Below are positions 21,268-31,506 of a stretch of DNA of 31,585 nt, one piece after another. A program made the position numbers and the translations under genes. Source of the DNA: Octopus sinensis. Taxonomy: Eukaryota. Where the stretch lies: NCBI RefSeq assembly GCF_006345805.1, contig NW_021832187.1, forward strand, positions 1 to 31,585, in the 5' to 3' direction. The notes beneath the pieces are model-generated. The model ran no database searches. It was not told where the DNA came from and saw nothing but the letters and a program-made list of their open reading frames with translations. Within the stretch, counting starts at the first letter, position 1. The number at the start of each line of letters is the position of its first letter.

Positions 21268-21486
21268 ATTTTAATCCATTCTTGTTGCTTTTTTCCTAAT
21301 TATAATCACCACACTTGTCGTATGGCTAACACCATATAGATATCCGGTGCATCCTAGTTAAGGACCATATTCATGTGAATTCTTTAGAATTCTCTAGAAT
21401 CTCAATTACTTAACGAATATATATATTATATAATATATATATATATATATATAGATATATATATTACGTATGTGTGTGTGTAAATA

Positions 21487-21695
21487 TTTGTGTGTCTGTG
21501 TTTGTTGCCCCTCCCCAACATCGCTTGACAACCGATGCTGATGTGTTTACGTCCCCGTAACTTAGCAGTTCGGCAAATGTGACCGATAGAATAAGTACCA
21601 AGCTTTACAAAGAATAAGTCCTCGGGTCGATTTGCTCGGCTAATGGCGGTGCTCCAGCATGGTCACAGTCAAATGACTGAAACAAGTAAAAGAGT
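21487..21695 (+). mobile_element. SINE family A 3' module
   Basis: GCTTGACAACCGATGCTG...GGCGGTGCTCCAGCATGG...GAAACAAGTAAAAGAG. Confidence 0.85.
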
Positions 21696-22284
21696 ATGTA
21701 GTATGTATGTTTGTGTGTGTGTGTGTGTTTGTGTATGTATGTATACGTATATGTGTGTGTTTGTGTATGCAATGATAAAAGCTTTGCCTGTTTTGATTCA
21801 TAACCATCCTCATGCAAGTCGTTATTCAATAATTACAATTGCCGTTATTGATTTATGTCGCTGTTGTCGATGATGATGATGATGATGATGATGATGATAA
21901 AATCCCCCACCAGTCCACCAACTTTAATCACTACCCCCACCCACTCCCTTACATACCGCTGTCCACTATCATTTTCTAATATTGTCTTCTATCATGATGG
22001 TTATTTCCATTTTCAGTTTCAATTTTACGGGGAGCGTTATCAGCCGCTTTTTAACAACTGCTCTCACCACCTTCAGGACGCCTCTATAGGTTATGCACTG
22101 TTATTAGTAGTAATAGTAATAGTAATGATGGTGGTGGTGGTGGTTAATAGAATTTTTGACTTCTTTGCAGTTAGTGTTTAGGATTTTAGCAAAACTCGTG
22201 CATAATGGTATACATAATGGTGTACATGCTGCATAACAGCATTATATCTTACCGTTGTTATTCTTGATTCATTGACATCACTTG

Positions 22285-22427
22285 TTATTATTAATTATTA
22301 ATATTTATTATTATTATTAATTATTATTATCATTATTATTATTCTTTTATTATTATTATTATCATTATTATTTTTATTATTATTATTATTATTATTATTT
22401 TCATTATCATTATTATTATCATTATTA

Positions 22428-22497
<70 letters not shown>

Positions 22498-22801
22498 CAT
22501 TATTATTATCATTATTATTCTTATTCTTTTATTATTATTATTATTATTATTATTATCATTATTATTATTCTTTTATTATTATTATTATCATTCTTTTATT
22601 ATTAGATTATTATTCTTATTTCTTATTATTATTATTATTATTATTATATTATCATTATTATATCATTATTATCATTATTATTATTATCTTATTCTCATTA
22701 TTCATTATTTATTAGTGGTATTATTATTTATTATTATTATTATACATTCTTTTATTATTATTATTATTATATTATTATTATTATATTATTATATTATTAT
22801 T

Positions 22802-22833
<32 letters not shown>

Positions 22834-22847
22834 CATTATTATTCTTA

Positions 22848-22879
<32 letters not shown>

Positions 22880-23032
22880 CATTATTATATTATCATTATA
22901 TCATTCTTTTATTATTATTATTAACATATTTTTATTATTATTTATTATTATAGTATTATTATTATTATTATTATTATCATTCTTTTATTATTATTATTAT
23001 TATTATCATTATATTATTATCATCATTAATTC

Positions 23033-23063
<31 letters not shown>

Positions 23064-23101
23064 ATATTATTATTATTATCATTATTATTATTATTATTTT
23101 T
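22285..23101. repeat. ~0.8-kb degenerate (ATT)n array
   Basis: Visible directly, with ATC/TTC variants interspersed. Confidence 0.95.
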
Positions 23102-23194
23102 ATCAGTAGTAGTTCTTGGGGCTAATGTTGAAAATTTCTATTGCTGTTACTTTTGTTGTCCCGCACGTTGTGTTGTGTTGTTGTTTGTTCCTGT

Positions 23195-23264
<70 letters not shown>

Positions 23265-24140
23265 TTTGATGCTGAAAATATATGTTGCTGTCCTTGTCTG
23301 TGCTGTTGTTGTTGTTATTGTTGTTGATGTAACAACTCTTGAGTTAGTTGCCATTGCTGCTGCTGAGACTGCTGCTGCTGCTGCTGAGCCTATTGTTGAC
23401 GTAGGTATTGTTGCTTCTATCACTGCTGCCGACAATATTGTTATTGCTGCTGTCACCAGACTGCTGTCGTCTTGTTCCTGTTCCTGCTGTTGCTGTTTGT
23501 CAAGCATGCTGTTTATATAGATATTGTTGCTGCTGATGATGGTGATGTCGCCAATGTTGCTGCTGTCGATATTCGTGTAGTTGACGCTGCTGTTGCTGCT
23601 GTCGAGGTCGTTGCTTCTTCGGTTCTTTTTTATATTTTTTAGTTTTGTTACTATACGCTTCTTGCTTTTACTGCTGCCATAACTACTACTGCAGCCATTA
23701 CTATCATTGTTACTACTTCAACAGCAGCAGCAGCAACAACAGCAACACCTGCTGCTACTGCTGCTGCTACTACTACTACTACTACTACTGCTACTGCTGC
23801 TGCTGCTGGTACTACTACTATTGCTGCTGCTGGTTCTGCTACTACTACTGTTACTACTACTACTGTTACTACTACTACTAATACTACTACTACTGCTACC
23901 ACCTCCACCACCACCACCACCGCCGCAGCCACTATTACTACTACTACTACTACTACTACTACTGCTACTACTACAACTACAACAACTACTACTACTACTA
24001 CTACTGCTACTGCGGCTACTATAACTACTACTACTACTACTACTACAACAACTACTACTACTACTGCTGCTGCTGCTACTGCTGCTACTGCTGCTGCTGC
24101 CGCTGCTGCCACTGCTGCCGCTGCTGCCACTGCTGCAACC
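23102..24140. repeat. Compound degenerate trinucleotide region: (GCA)(GTA), (GTT/GCT), (CTA/CTG)n
   Basis: Visible directly; the source of several low-complexity ORFs. Confidence 0.9.
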
Positions 24141-24420
24141 ATCCATTTCAAACCCCAGCGAGATGTTAAAATTCCATCGATCTCTGACATTCATTAGTTT
24201 GAGAACAGAACAAAAGGAAAAATGAAGGAACTGCTATGCAACGCTGGCTGACGCCTAGCGTCACCTAGCGTCCACTGATGTTGAAGTTGTCAGCTTCAGT
24301 TGGTATCAATCACGAAAACACGACACACAGACATATAAATACAGGTCGGCACACAGGCACAGACTGACTCCGAACTTTTGCGTGCAAGTGACTTAGGGTA
24401 CAAAAACGCATTTTTTAAAG

Positions 24421-24730
24421 ACTCCGCCGGTTACGACGAGGGTCCCGCTGATACGATCAACGGAACAGCTTGATCGTGAATTAACGTGCAATGGCTAGCA
24501 TTCCACAGACACGTGTACCTTAACGTAGTTCTCGGGGATAATCAGCGTGACACAGTAGTGACAAGGCTGACCCTTTGAAATACAAGTACAACTCATTTTT
24601 GCATCTGAGTGGACTGGAGCAACGTGAAATAAAGTGTCTTGCTCAAGACACAACGCGTCGCAGGGAATCGGTCACTCACAACCTTGACGATCATGAGCCG
24701 AGCCCTAACCACTAAGCCACGCGCCCTCAC
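24421..24730 (-). mobile_element. SINE family C, full length
   Basis: Reverse complement of 11933-12205 with extra internal sequence. Head GTGAGGGCGCGTGGCTTAGTGGTTAGGG. Confidence 0.88.
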
Positions 24731-24839
24731 ACAAAAACGCATTATTCTTACACGTATACACGCCTATACATACATATACGTATAAATATTCACACACACA
24801 TATACACACGCACACACACACAAATACACAAACGCCTAT

Positions 24840-24887
<48 letters not shown>

Positions 24888-24939
24888 GTCTATCTGTCTA
24901 TCTGTCAGTCAGTCAGTCAGTCAGTCAGTCAGTCTGCTG

Positions 24940-24981
<42 letters not shown>

Positions 24982-25181
24982 TCTATCTACTTGTGCATGT
25001 ATGTATCTATCTAACTATATATATATATATATGTGTGTGTGTGCGCACGTGTGTGTGTATAAAACCACACGTAAAGAGGCAACCATGTAGAAAAGTGAAT
25101 CACGGCGATGCATATACATACATCATATATACATGTACATATGTGTATGTGTGTGTATATATATATTATGTATATACATAA

Positions 25182-25585
25182 TAGGCGCAGGAGTGGCTGT
25201 GTGGTAAGTAGCTTGTTTACCAACCACATGGTTCCGGGTTCAGTCCCACTGCGTGGCACCTTGTGCAAGTGTCTCCTACTATAGCCTCGGGCCGACCAAA
25301 GCCTTCTGAGTGGATTTGGTAGACGGAAACTGAAAAGAAGCCCGTCGTATATATGTATATGTATATGTATGTGCGTGTGTGTTTGTGTGTCTGTGTTTGT
25401 CCCCCTAGCATTGCTTGACAACCGATGCTGGTGTGTTTATGTCCCCGTTACTTAGCGGTTCGGCAAAAGAGACCGATAGAATAAGTACTGGGCCTTATAA
25501 AGAATAAGTCCCGGGGTCGAGTTGCTCGATTAAAGGCGGTGCTCCAGCATGGCCGTAGTGAAAATGACTGAAACAAGTAAAAGGA
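25182..25585 (+). mobile_element. SINE family A, full length
   Basis: TAGGCGCAGGAGTGGCTGTGTGG... near-identical to the 10423 copy. Confidence 0.92.
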
Positions 25586-25622
25586 AAGAAAGAAAGAAAA
25601 AAATATGTATACATAAATAAAT

Positions 25623-25681
<59 letters not shown>

Positions 25682-25726
25682 TGTTGTCAGTCACGCATAA
25701 GACGAAAGACAGCACACCCGGTATAA

Positions 25727-26143
25727 GGTGGCGAGCTGGCAGAAACGTTAGCATGCTGGGCGAAATGCTTAGCGGTATTTCGTCTGCCGTTACGTTCTGG
25801 GTTCAAATTCCGCCGAGGTCGACGTTGCCTTTCATCCTTTCGGGGTCGATAAATAAAGTACCAGTTACGCACTGGGTTCGATATAATCGACTCAATCCGT
25901 GTGTCTGTCCTTGTTTGTCCCCTCTGTGTTTAGCCCCTTGTGGGTAGTAAAGAAATAGGTATTTCGTCTGCCGTTACGTTCTGAGTTCAAATTCCGCCGA
26001 GGTCGACTTTGCGTTTCATCCTTTCGGGGTCGATAAATTAAGTACCAGTTACGCACTGGGGTCGATCTAATCGACTCAATCCGTGTGTCTGTCCTTGTTT
26101 GTCCCCTCTGTGTTTAGCCCCTTGTGGGTAGTAAAGAAATAGG
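25727..26143 (+). mobile_element. SINE family B dimer with 8-bp target duplication
   Basis: Junction AAATAG|GTATTTC at 25958|25959; second unit is 184 bp. GGTATAAG lies at 25720-25727 and 26142-26149. Confidence 0.92.
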
Positions 26144-26721
26144 TATAAGCACAGGAACACGAGCACATGCACAAACTGAGAGAGGGACGGAGAGACAAAG
26201 AGAGGGAGAGAGGGAGAGAGAAAGAAAAAGAGAAACTCGCACACACACACACCGGCGCATATACGTACTACATGCAAACAGATATTATAATACAATGTCT
26301 TCCACTTTCACTTTCACTGCGTGTGCATCCGATGTCCATATATAAATAAATAAATAAATAAATACTAACACATGCGCATACACGCGCGCGCGCACACACA
26401 CAACACACACACACACACACACACACAGAGAAACACAAATCCACATGTAGTTTACACATACAGATTACCGTTTGTATGGGAACATGCAAAGAAAATATCA
26501 GCATACATGCACGCATAGCTATCTGTATGTCTGTCTATCTACTATCTATCTATTTTTAAAAAAAATTTTTATCCCCCCCCCATTTTTTTGCTTTCCTCTT
26601 TCTTTCCTTTTACGATCCCTTTTGATCGAAAACCAAACCCCCTTTTTTATCCCCAAAAGAAAAGCTCTACCTTGTAATTTGTCCCGTCTGTGTGCAGCCC
26701 TGTGTGGTTAATAAAGAAACA

Positions 26722-26780
<59 letters not shown>

Positions 26781-26851
26781 ATATCTATATATCTATCTAT
26801 CTATCTATCTATCTGTCTCTCTGTATCTCTCTCTCTGTCTCTCTCTCTCTA

Positions 26852-26903
<52 letters not shown>

Positions 26904-26911
26904 TCTATCTC

Positions 26912-26962
<51 letters not shown>

Positions 26963-26963
26963 G

Positions 26964-27030
<67 letters not shown>

Positions 27031-27120
27031 GTCTCTCTGTATATCTCTCTCTCTCTCTGTATATATATCTCTCTCTCTGTCTATCTATTTATCTCTATCT
27101 ATATATCTACCTACCTAACT
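26722..27120. repeat. (TATC)n/(TC)n/(TGTC)n microsatellite, ~400 bp
   Basis: Visible directly in the sequence. Confidence 0.95.
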
Positions 27121-27637
27121 ATCTCGAACGTATATGTATCTACCATGCATACCAACATGTATAAGTATGCAGGGTATGTGTAATGAATATACACACACAC
27201 ATACATACATATATACACACATCCTGCATAACTACAAACATATATATATATGGTTAACGCACAGTAATAATGGACACAACACGGAAACACACACGCCTAT
27301 TTATAAACACACACGCACACACATATTACTAAATGTACACGTAATATTTTCTATAACTATTGATTTCCAACATAGTAACAAGGTTTTATATGTCGAGAGA
27401 GGGTATCATCGATTATATCGATTTTAACATTCGATTGAGGCTTATGTCATCCGAAACCTTGAATAAATACAGGAAAAGTTGACCTCAGCCGAAATTGAAA
27501 CCAGATCTTCTTTGTTATTTGTATAAATATATTACCCATCCATAAAATAGATTCTACAAATTTGCATACAAAATAGGTACAGGTTTTCGCCGCGTGGTTA
27601 CCCGTTAATTGCCAACCATCAAACGTAGTCCGATAAA

Positions 27638-27757
27638 CACGAGCGGCTGTGTGGTAGAGAGTTTGCTCTCAGTTTCCCATCGTGACATGATGGCCAAGTG
27701 ACTTCTACTATAGATTTCGGGCCAGTCAAAGTCACGTGAGTGAAACCCGTCGTTTAT
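27638..27757 (+). mobile_element. SINE family A head, old and deleted
   Basis: GAGCGGCTGTGTGGTAG...CTTCTACTATAG...GAAACCCGTCG. Confidence 0.6.
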
Positions 27758-27858
27758 ATATATCTATATATATATATATATTATATATATATATATATGG
27801 AGAGAGAGAGAGAAAGAGAGAAAGAGAGAGTGAGAGAGAGAGAGAGAGAGAGGGGGGA

Positions 27859-27972
27859 GAGTGTAGGCTCGAAACGTAAAAGACTTTCTCACGTTCCTGA
27901 GCGTCAAACTAATACACTTGCTTGTTGTTTATACACCTGTTTTCGTCTTTTGTTTTTCTGTAAATTTCAACT
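27859..27972 (+). mobile_element. Penelope-like terminus related to H1; only the 3' half of the hammerhead remains
   Basis: GAGT-GTAG-GCTC [GAA] ACGT A | AAAGAC, followed by CCTGAGCGTC as in H1. A (GA)n tract sits where the CUGAUGA strand would be. Confidence 0.6.
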
Positions 27973-27993
27973 ATATATATATCTAGTTATATA

Positions 27994-28053
27994 ACGAATG
28001 GGAACGTGAAACTTTGAGTAACAGCTTTTGTTATAATTTCTGCTGCTTTTAAA
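27994..28053 (+). mobile_element. Family H2 fragment
   Basis: ACGA ATG-GGAA-CGT GAAACTTTGAGTA ACAG..., matching 12541-12640. Confidence 0.7.
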
Positions 28054-28068
28054 TATATATATATATCT

Positions 28069-28183
28069 AACAATTGCAGCGTGGAAGGTGTTTATAAGCA
28101 ATTTAAGAAACACACAAAAACCTTCCACGCTGCAATTGTTTTAATTCCAGCACACGATCTCAGATGAGGTCACTTGCTATGCA

Positions 28184-28185
<2 letters not shown>
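28069..28185 (+). mobile_element. Family H3 fold-back remnant with the central (hammerhead) part deleted
   Basis: CAATTGCAGCGTGGAAGG...CCTTCCACGCTGCAATTG followed by the same 3' extension as 5447-5493. Confidence 0.75.
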
Positions 28186-28231
<46 letters not shown>

Positions 28232-28233
<2 letters not shown>

Positions 28234-28400
28234 GTTAATCCAAACAAGAAAGCACAAAAAACACCACAACGCGAGGACGTGGAACAAATATAGTATTATT
28301 GGACGCTCAGGAAAGGAGGAGGGTTTAACGTTTCGAGCGGAGCTCTTCATCGGAAACATAGGAGAAGAAAGATCCAGAGAAGAGAAGACAGAGGAAAAAT
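28232..28400 (-). mobile_element. Penelope-like terminus, family H1
   Basis: Reverse complement of 19500-19662. Confidence 0.75.
28323..28357 (-). ncRNA. Minimal type I hammerhead motif (H1)
   Basis: Minus strand: GTTT [CCGATGA] A GAGC-TCC-GCTC [GAA] ACGT T | AAAC. Perfect stems I and II; U4 is C. Confidence 0.62.
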
Positions 28401-28402
28401 AT

Positions 28403-28442
<40 letters not shown>

Positions 28443-28591
28443 TACATAATATATATACATATATCTATCTATCTATCTATCTATCTATATATATATATAT
28501 TTAAAGTTCGTTTCTCGCTCTATCTAATCGTGTTACTCTTTTTCGTTTTAAATAATTGGAAGATTTTCTCTAGAACGTTAAATACAACAGG

Positions 28592-29816
28592 GACAAAAAG
28601 CAAATTCGCACAATTTTCTGATTACAGTTAAAGCTAGGCCGAAAAGCTGCTGAAACAGATCGCGATATCAACGATGCGTTTGGCCCAGGAACCATTACTG
28701 AACGTACAGTACAATGGTGGTTCAAGAAATTTCGTTGCCGCTACGAGAGTTATGAAGATGATAAGCATAGTGGTCGGCCATCGGATGTTGACAACGATCA
28801 ACTAAGAGCCTTAGTCGAAGCCAATCCGCGCACAACTGTTCGAGAGCTCGCTCCTGAATTAGACGTAACGAATACGACAATTTCCAACTACTTGAAAGAG
28901 ATTGAAAAAATACTTGATACAGGGGTGTCGCACGAATTGAACGACAAAAAAACAAAAACAAACAAAAAAAAAACGCCGTTTTGAAGTGTCGTCTTTCCTT
29001 CTTTTACGCAACAAGAACAACTCGTTTCTCGACTAGTTTGTGACTTGCGATGAAAAGTGGATTTTTTACGACAACCGGCGACGCTCAGCTCAGTGGTTGG
29101 ACGCCGAGCTGGCAGAACCGTTAGCATGCCGGGCGAAATGTGTGGCCGTATTTCGTCTGCCGTTACGTTCTGAGTTCAAATTTGCCTTTCATCCTTTCAG
29201 GGTCGATAAATTAAGTACCAGTTACGCACTGGGGTCGATATAATCGACTTAATCCGTTTGTCTATCCTTGCTTGTCCCCTCTATGTTTAGCCCCTTGTGG
29301 GTAATAAAGAAATAGGTTGGACACCGACGAAGCTCCAACCACTTCCCGAAGCCAAAGTTGAGCCAAAAGAAGGCCATTGTGACTGTTTGGTGGTCTGTGG
29401 CCGGTCTCATCCATTACAGCTTTTTGGATCCAGGCGAAACCATTACAGCGAAGTACTGTTAGCAATTGAACGAGGTGCATAAGAAAACTCCGACCACAAC
29501 AGTCAGCATTGGTCAATAGAAAAGGACCAATTATTCTCCATTACAACACTCGACCGTACGTCGCACAACTGACTCTGCAGAAGTTGATCGAATTGGGTTA
29601 CGAAACTCTGCCTCATCCGCCATCCTCATCAGACCTCTGGCCTACCGACTACCACTTTTTCAAGCATCTCGACAACTTCCTGTGTGAGAAATGCTTAAAA
29701 AACCAAGACGATGCCAAATACGCCTTCAACGACTTCCTCGCTACCAGAACGCAGGATTTTGACGCTACTGGCATAAATAAACTTGTGTTGATTCTGTTGG
29801 TGTTTATTTCGATTAA
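28592..29816 (+). pseudogene. Mariner D,D34D transposase pseudogene
   Basis: DKKQIRTIF...GRKAAET...ERTVQWWFKKF...SGRPSDVDNDQL; VTCDEKWIFYDNRRRSAQWLD; VNRKGPIILHYNTRP; HPPSSSDLWPTDYHFFKHLDNFL; ATGINKL...YFD*. Stops, frameshifts and a SINE insertion are present. Confidence 0.92.
29105..29316 (+). mobile_element. SINE family B monomer inserted in the mariner transposase
   Basis: Target duplication GGTTGGAC(G/A)CCGA at 29095-29107 and 29315-29327; small internal deletion. Confidence 0.92.
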
Positions 29817-29909
29817 TAAAGTTTTGTTTCAGCTGAGATATGTGCATCTGAATTTAAAGGCTAAAAACCGCAAGAACTTTCTTGACATTCTAATATATGT
29901 ACGCACACA

Positions 29910-30025
29910 GAGTAATCCCTCATCATATCGCGGTTCACCTATCGCGGTTTATCATTTAAGTTTACATCGATTCCTCCGTACTGTTCTTTGGCATTTATAA
30001 TAAAAGAAATATATACAAATTATTA
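29910..30025 (+). mobile_element. Left half of the pogo/Tigger-like MITE
   Basis: AGTAATCCCTC...ATCGCGG...ATAAAAGAAATATATACAAATT aligns with 10081-10210. Confidence 0.75.
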
Positions 30026-30567
30026 AAAAAACCCAAAATGTGTATGTGTGCGTGTGTGTGCATGTATATATATATATATATATATAATATATATATATAT
30101 GAATAAATAAATAGAGTTTAACGCAATGTAAATCAAATATTTTTACTTTCGACACATGTTTCGAAAAATTCCACTGATACTATTCAAAAGAATAAATGGT
30201 ATAAACAATGCAATCTTCTCTTCAGGAAAGTGAAGAAAACGAAACCCGTCAATAAGACATTTTAGTAAAAAATGGTGGATTTCTATAGCGATTGACTGAA
30301 TGCTATCAATATTGTTTAAAAAAAAACGTTATATGATATAACGTCATAAGTAGCTTACAGAAAGAGTAGGGATATTAATAGTGAATGTAAATATAAAGGA
30401 AATTAAAGTTTAAATTATATAAATTATATATAATTATAGAGACTACTTATATGCACTAAATGTGTGTTTTTGCCAATGTTTACATCTGTATGCTCGCTCT
30501 ATAACCGTGTTTACTAGGGGATTTTTAGAAAAAATAATGAAAAATAACTCAGAATTGCAGAGAAGAC

Positions 30568-30602
<35 letters not shown>

Positions 30603-30954
30603 TCACAGAAACAAACCCTCAGTATGCGATAAGTGAATGTGTTATGTTGCATTCTGAAGACAACAAAATGCTCATGTTCTGCTGCAACAATATGGCCGCA
30701 GTCCAGTTGCTCTAACAAGTAAATGATTGAAGATGAAATCTTTAGTTTGTATATACCTAAATACATACATATGTACTTAAATATATGTTTGTTCCCATAT
30801 AGTTTGGTCTTTGTCTATGGAGTACATTTCATTGTGTCGTTTATTTACGACAAAGTTCTTCCAAGCTTAGTGTGCTTATAAATATGTTTAGCTGTTCTTC
30901 GCTTGTTTATGAGATATTCTCGTTAGCAACGTACTTCCAACTTTCCGCACCATA

Positions 30955-31483
30955 AGAAATCTCCGGCGATTTCCAGGTAATCTCCGGGCAATCTCCAGGC
31001 AATTTCCGGGCAATCTCCAGGCAAACTCCAGGCAATCTCCGGACAATCTCTATCTTCAGGTAATCTCCAGGCAATCTCCGGGCGATCTCCAAGAAATCTT
31101 CAGGCAATCTCCAGGCAATCTCCGGGCGATTTACGGACAATCCCCGGACAATCTCCAGGCAATCTCCGGGCGATCTCCAGGAAATCTTCGGGCGATTTCC
31201 GGGCAATCTCCAGGCAATCTCCGGACAATCTTCAGGCGATTTCCGGGCAATCCCCGGGTAATCTCCAGGCAATCTCCAGGAAATCTCCGGTTGATTTGCG
31301 GGCAATATATGGGCGATTCCCGGGCAATATCCGGCGATTTCCGGGCGATTTCGGGCAATCTCCAGGCAGTCTCCGGGCAATCTCCAGTCGATTTACGGGC
31401 AATCTCCGGTCGATTTACGGGCAATCTCCGGGCGATTTCCGGGCGATTTCAGGCAATATCCAGGAAATCTCCAGGCAATCTCC
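30955..31483. repeat. 11-bp minisatellite, consensus GGC(A/G)AT(C/T)TCC(A/G), ~48 copies
   Basis: Visible directly. The periodic PGDC/EIAR ORFs on both strands derive from it. Confidence 0.93.
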
Positions 31484-31506
31484 TACATACATATTAGGAA
31501 TTTGAA

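Larger units (their letters stand above)
20861..21298. mobile_element. Inverted pair of Penelope-like termini (family H5), ~120-bp arms and ~195-bp spacer
   Basis: Arms 20861-20981 and 21177-21298 differ at one position. The left arm abuts (TA)n. Confidence 0.85.
28501..29893 (+). mobile_element. Mariner DNA transposon (Hsmar1/cecropia-like), 5' TIR missing, SINE-interrupted
   Basis: Right TIR AAAACCGCAAGAACTTTCTTGACATTCTAA (29864-29893) followed by TA, resembling the Hsmar1 TIR. Contains a transposase pseudogene. Confidence 0.9.

Noticed and set aside
23103-24194. Long low-complexity ORFs (poly-V/A, poly-S, poly-Q/L, Thr/Ala-rich 134 aa) suggesting a mucin-like exon
   Set aside because: They arise from stop-free trinucleotide repeats. 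The repeat register shifts within the ORFs (AGC to CAG to GCA) and there is no splice or domain evidence.
30907-31505. Repetitive PGDCLEIAR-type ORFs on both strands
   Set aside because: A by-product of an 11-bp (non-triplet) minisatellite; open in several frames with no unique flanking coding sequence.
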